NCBI GenBank assembly: GCA_034440515.1
Contig: JAWXCF010000049.1
Location: 12,948 to 76,947 of the forward strand
Origin: Bacteroidota bacterium
Lineage (GTDB): Bacteria; Bacteroidota; Bacteroidia; CAILMK01
Direction of reading: 5' to 3'
DNA: 64,000 nt
Part shown: positions 59,813-64,000 of the stretch, piece by piece
Numbering within the stretch: position 1 is the stretch's first letter
Layout of the letters: every line of letters starts with the position of its first letter
The notes under the pieces: generated by a model
Databases searched by the model: none
What the model was told of the DNA's origin: nothing
Seen by the model: the letters and a program-made list of their open reading frames with translations, nothing else
Translations under genes and position numbers: made by a program

Positions 59813-60682
59813 TTAAGAATTTAATGCTTTCGCACCGCCTACTATCTCTAATATTTCATTAGTAATAGCTGCTTGACGTTCCCTGTTATATCTCAGTTTC
59901 AGATCTTTTAATAAATCACTAGCATTCTCTGTTGCTTTATCCATTGCAGTCATTCTTGCTCCGTGTTCTGCGGCGTTGGATTCTAATACTGCTCTAAAAA
60001 AATCAATTTTTAAGCTTTGATAAACTAGTTGTGCTACAATTTCCTCTTTGCTAGGCTCAAAAATATAGTCCACATTAAACTGAGATTTACCCTCCTCAGA
60101 ATTTTCTTGAATAGGTAAAAACTGCTCAGAAGTAGTTAGGAATATAGCTGCATTTTTAAACTGGTTGTACACCAATTCTACAACATCATACTTACCATCT
60201 ATAAAGCTTTGCATTGCATACTCTGCAATGCTTTCGGCAGCTTCATAAGTCAGTTTATTAAAGAAGCCATTATTCTCCTGAAAAGGCGTAAAGTTGGCTC
60301 TAATAATTGCGTCTCTTCCCTTTTTACCTACGGTTACGATATCAACCTTTATATTCTGATATTTACCTTTTAGCGATCTAATTGCCTCTTTACCAATGCT
60401 ACTATTAAATGAACCTGCAAGACCCCTATCTGCACTAATTACGATAACTAATACATTTTTTACTGGTCTAGCTTCATAAAACTTCAGGGCTTCTGAACCC
60501 TCTAGACTAGCAGAAAGTTGAGATAGCATTTGCTTAAGCTTTACAGCATATGGCCTCATTAACACAATTCTTTGTTGTGCCTTTCTCAACTTTGCAGCAG
60601 AAACCATTTTCATAGCTTTTGTTATCTGCTGTGTAGATTTAACTGATGCTATTCTATTTCGTACTTCTTTTAAATTTCCCAT
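59813..60682 (-). CDS. atpG: F0F1 ATP synthase gamma subunit
   Basis: Conserved N-terminal and C-terminal gamma-subunit helices (C-terminal ...AAITNEILEIVGGAKAL). Confidence 0.9.
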   Translation of the reverse strand: MGNLKEVRNRIASVKSTQQITKAMKMVSAAKLRKAQQRIVLMRPYAVKLKQMLSQLSASLEGSEALKFYEARPVKNVLVIVISADRGLAGSFNSSIGKEAIRSLKGKYQNIKVDIVTVGKKGRDAIIRANFTPFQENNGFFNKLTYEAAESIAEYAMQSFIDGKYDVVELVYNQFKNAAIFLTTSEQFLPIQENSEEGKSQFNVDYIFEPSKEEIVAQLVYQSLKIDFFRAVLESNAAEHGARMTAMDKATENASDLLKDLKLRYNRERQAAITNEILEIVGGAKALNS

Positions 60683-60715
60683 TTAGCTTACGGCTTTACG
60701 CCCATTATCAGTTGA

Positions 60716-62293
60716 CTATTTATAAGAAGGTAAGATTTCCTTAGCTGCAGCCTCTAGTTGACCGGTCAAGTTGTCGTCAATTTTACCTTTCTTTAACTCA
60801 GCCAAAACTTGTGGAAACTTATTCTCTAATAAGTCAAGGTATTGCTCTTCAAATTCTGTAACCCGTTCTATTGGAACGGTAACTAATAGACCCTTTACCC
60901 CTAGGTAAATGATGGCTACTTGTTTTTCTACTGGTACTGGGCTAAATTGATTTTGCTTTAAAATCTCTACGTTTCTTGCACCTTTATCTAAAATTGATTT
61001 TGTAGTCGCATCTAGGTCAGATCCAAATTTAGAGAATGCTGCAAGTGATGTAAATTGAGCTTGGTCTAGTTTTAATGTACCAGCTACTTTCTTCATCGAT
61101 TTAATTTGCGCATTACCACCTACACGAGATACAGATATACCTACGTTAATTGCAGGACGAATACCAGAGTTAAACAAGTCTGACTCTAAGAATATTTGTC
61201 CGTCTGTGATTGAGATAACGTTAGTTGGGATGTATGCAGATACGTCACCAGCTTGTGTTTCAATTATTGGTAGTGCAGTTAATGAACCACCACCTTTTAC
61301 CAATGGCCTAATAGATTCAGGTAAATCATTCATACCCATAGCAATGCTATCATCGTTTACTATTTTAGCTGCGCGCTCTAATAATCTTGAGTGTAGATAA
61401 AATACGTCTCCTGGATATGCCTCACGACCTGGAGGACGTTTAAGAAGTAACGAAACCTCTCTATAGGCTACTGCTTGTTTAGACAAATCATCATAAACAA
61501 TAAGTGCTGGGAAGCCTCTATCTCTAAAGAACTCACCAATAGCGCAACCCGCAAAGGGAGCGTAGAATTGTAATGGAGCAGGGTCTGATGCAGTTGCAGA
61601 TACTATAACTGTGTAAGGCATAGCACCTTTTTCTTCTAATACTTTTACGATGTTAGCTACTGTAGATGCTTTTTGCCCAATGGCTACATATATACAATAT
61701 ACTGGAGTGCCCTTTTCATAGTTCTCCTTTTGGTTAAGGATTGTATCTAATGCAACAGTGGTTTTACCTGTTTGACGATCACCGATGATTAACTCTCTTT
61801 GTCCACGACCAATTGGAATCATTGCATCAATAGCTTTAAGACCAGTTTGCATAGGCTCTGTAACTGGTTCACGAAATATAACCCCTGGTGCTTTACGTTC
61901 AAGTGGCATTTCGTATTTGTCACCTGTTAAAGGACCTTTACCGTCTATGGCTTGACCAATTGTATTTACTACACGGCCTATCATACCGTCACTTACTTGA
62001 ATAGAGGCTATACGACCTGTTCTTTTAGCTGTATCTCCCTCTTTAATACCTTGAGTACTACCTAATAATACGGCACCAATGTTATCTTCCTCTAAGTTAA
62101 GTACTATAGCTTGCACACCGTTGTTAAATTCTATAAGCTCTCCAGCTTGTACTGAATTTAAACCATATATACGGGCTATACCATCACCTACTTGTAAAAC
62201 GGTACCGACTTCTAGTAATTCTGTTTCTGATTTGAATTCAGATAGTTCTTGACGAAGAATTTCTGAAACCTCATCGGGTCTGACTTGAATCAT
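60716..62293 (-). CDS. atpA: F0F1 ATP synthase alpha subunit
   Basis: P-loop GDRQTGKT. 525 aa. Confidence 0.95.
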   Translation of the reverse strand: MIQVRPDEVSEILRQELSEFKSETELLEVGTVLQVGDGIARIYGLNSVQAGELIEFNNGVQAIVLNLEEDNIGAVLLGSTQGIKEGDTAKRTGRIASIQVSDGMIGRVVNTIGQAIDGKGPLTGDKYEMPLERKAPGVIFREPVTEPMQTGLKAIDAMIPIGRGQRELIIGDRQTGKTTVALDTILNQKENYEKGTPVYCIYVAIGQKASTVANIVKVLEEKGAMPYTVIVSATASDPAPLQFYAPFAGCAIGEFFRDRGFPALIVYDDLSKQAVAYREVSLLLKRPPGREAYPGDVFYLHSRLLERAAKIVNDDSIAMGMNDLPESIRPLVKGGGSLTALPIIETQAGDVSAYIPTNVISITDGQIFLESDLFNSGIRPAINVGISVSRVGGNAQIKSMKKVAGTLKLDQAQFTSLAAFSKFGSDLDATTKSILDKGARNVEILKQNQFSPVPVEKQVAIIYLGVKGLLVTVPIERVTEFEEQYLDLLENKFPQVLAELKKGKIDDNLTGQLEAAAKEILPSYK

Positions 62294-62307
62294 TATATTA
62301 AAGAGTA

Positions 62308-62850
62308 TTAATTATTATTTAAAAGATGAAGACGCATTGCTTTTAATCTAGATGATACACTAGCGTCTAATAGTTTATCGTCGTATTTAATTATGAAACC
62401 GCCCAATATTTCAGGGTTAATTTCTTCTTGAAGTTTAATGGTTTTATGAATTTTATCAGAAACTAATTTGGTTAGTCTCTCTTTTTCTTCAGCACCAATT
62501 TTTACAGCAGTTATTAGTTTAGCTTGTACTATGCCTTTATCTTCATTTACCATTTCAATGAAGGTCTTGAAGATAAGGTCAAGGACTTTCTCTCTATTTT
62601 TTCTAACCACTATAGTTATAAAGCTTTTTGTAATTGGGTGCATACTATCACCTAATATTCGGTCTATAATTGCTTTCTTTTTATCAGCGAAAATGACTGG
62701 GCTTCTCAATACACTAAGAAACTCTCTGCTTTCATTCGCAACTTTTATAAAGTTAACTGCATTTGCCTCTATTGCATCTACTTGCCCTTTTTCTTTTGCT
62801 AATTCGTATAAAGATTTAGCATATCTGGCAGCTACTCTTAGGTTAGACAT
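62308..62850 (-). CDS. atpH: F0F1 ATP synthase delta (OSCP) subunit
   Basis: 180 aa, [13 protein letters not shown]-terminus. Confidence 0.8.
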   Translation of the reverse strand: MSNLRVAARYAKSLYELAKEKGQVDAIEANAVNFIKVANESREFLSVLRSPVIFADKKKAIIDRILGDSMHPITKSFITIVVRKNREKVLDLIFKTFIEMVNEDKGIVQAKLITAVKIGAEEKERLTKLVSDKIHKTIKLQEEINPEILGGFIIKYDDKLLDASVSSRLKAMRLHLLNNN

Positions 62851-63369
62851 TTAGTTGTTTTGCTCTAAATTAATGTATTTGCCTACCAATTCTTTCTGCT
62901 TATTCTCGCTGCTTAGCTCTGTTTGCAATATTTTACCTGCTGCTTCTATACTTAACTCAACAACTTTGTCTTTTAACTCTCTAAGTGCTGATAATTTTTC
63001 TTTCTCAATAGATTCACGAGCTTGTGCTGTCATTCTAGCTACATCATCTTTTGCCTGATTGTGTGCGTCAGCTAGTATTTTCTCTTTAATTTCCTTTGCC
63101 TCTTTCATTATTATATCTCTTTCTTGTCTAGCTTCTTGTAGCAAGATTTGATTTTCATTCTTCAACAAAGTCATATCTTCTTTGGCTCTTTTTGCTTCAT
63201 CTAGTGCTGACTGTATGCTGGTCTCTCTTTGTTTTAACCCTTCTAGTATGGGTTTCCAAGCAAATTTTCTTAAAACGATTAATAGCCCTATGAAGGTGAC
63301 TAAAGTCCAAAACATTAAACCTATTTTAGGGTTAATCAAAGGGTTTGCAAGTAATATAGCGTTGTTCAT
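62851..63369 (-). CDS. atpF: F0F1 ATP synthase B subunit
   Basis: Single N-terminal TM helix followed by a long charged coiled coil. Operon position. Confidence 0.8.
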   Translation of the reverse strand: MNNAILLANPLINPKIGLMFWTLVTFIGLLIVLRKFAWKPILEGLKQRETSIQSALDEAKRAKEDMTLLKNENQILLQEARQERDIIMKEAKEIKEKILADAHNQAKDDVARMTAQARESIEKEKLSALRELKDKVVELSIEAAGKILQTELSSENKQKELVGKYINLEQNN

Positions 63370-63475
63370 ATATGTATCTTAGTTTTATTTTAACTATTTT
63401 TCTTTTAAAAGTATAAGTTTCTTAAGGAAAGTGCCACAGATGCCAACCGCATCTGTGAACACTTATTTGTTAGCC

Positions 63476-63742
<267 letters not shown>

Positions 63743-63764
63743 TTAAAAAAATGTAATTATTGAC

Positions 63765-64000
63765 TTAATGATGTTCCTCTACTGCCTGACCTATAAATAC
63801 TGCAGTTAACATTGTAAATACATAAGCTTGTAGTAGAGCTACAAATAGCTCTAACAAATCAATGGCTACAATAAATACTGAAGTAAATATTCCGACGCCC
63901 CAACCTGCTACCATATTTTTACCATTCTCGCCAAATATAAATATTAAGCTAAGTAGTGAAATCGTAATAATGTGTCCGCCACTAATGTTAGCAAACAACC
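63765..64000 (-). CDS. atpB: F0F1 ATP synthase A subunit (3-prime part only; gene continues past window end)
   Basis: The C-terminal TM helices match the a-subunit. Confidence 0.75.
   Translation of the reverse strand, partial: LFANISGGHIITISLLSLIFIFGENGKNMVAGWGVGIFTSVFIVAIDLLELFVALLQAYVFTMLTAVFIGQAVEEHH

Overview
AT-rich (about 35% GC) chromosomal window from a Bacteroidota (Bacteroidetes) genome. The phylum call rests on a T9SS C-terminal sorting domain, the long-form YidC, an atpBEFHAG operon without atpD/atpC, and -7 TAnnTTTG-type promoter motifs. It holds about 56 protein-coding genes and no rRNA, tRNA, CRISPR or recognisable mobile element. Content is mostly core metabolism and translation: P5C dehydrogenase, CCA enzyme, miaA, yidC, Sua5, dtd, YajQ, IcmF fused mutase, pdxH, bcp, pyrF, rpsT, two ABC-F ATPases (one EttA-like), SlyD, RadC, hppD/hmgA (homogentisate pathway) and F-ATPase subunits. 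It also encodes an unusually rich set of secreted or eukaryote-like enzymes: an ACE-like M2 peptidase, M61, M3 (PepF), M23, M49 (DPP III-like) and S9 peptidases, a lysyl-oxidase-like copper amine oxidase with a proprotein-convertase P-domain, a KirBac-type inward-rectifier K+ channel, a rhomboid protease and two cyclophilins. Three anomalies stand out. miaA carries an in-frame TAA nonsense codon. A 1.6-kb gene-free stretch (1933-3536) holds decayed remnants of a PKD plus type-B-CTD T9SS cargo gene, with C8 and A8 homopolymers. A highly acidic hypothetical protein sits translationally coupled between cca and miaA. I found no recognisable defense island (no Cas, restriction-modification, toxin-antitoxin, helicase/nuclease cassettes) and no clear novel multi-gene system. 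The best candidates for follow-up are the LOX-like secreted enzyme, the cca-acidic ORF-miaA operon and the SixA-M61 pair next to a two-component system. All functional calls come from motif-level reading of the supplied translations and should be confirmed by homology search.
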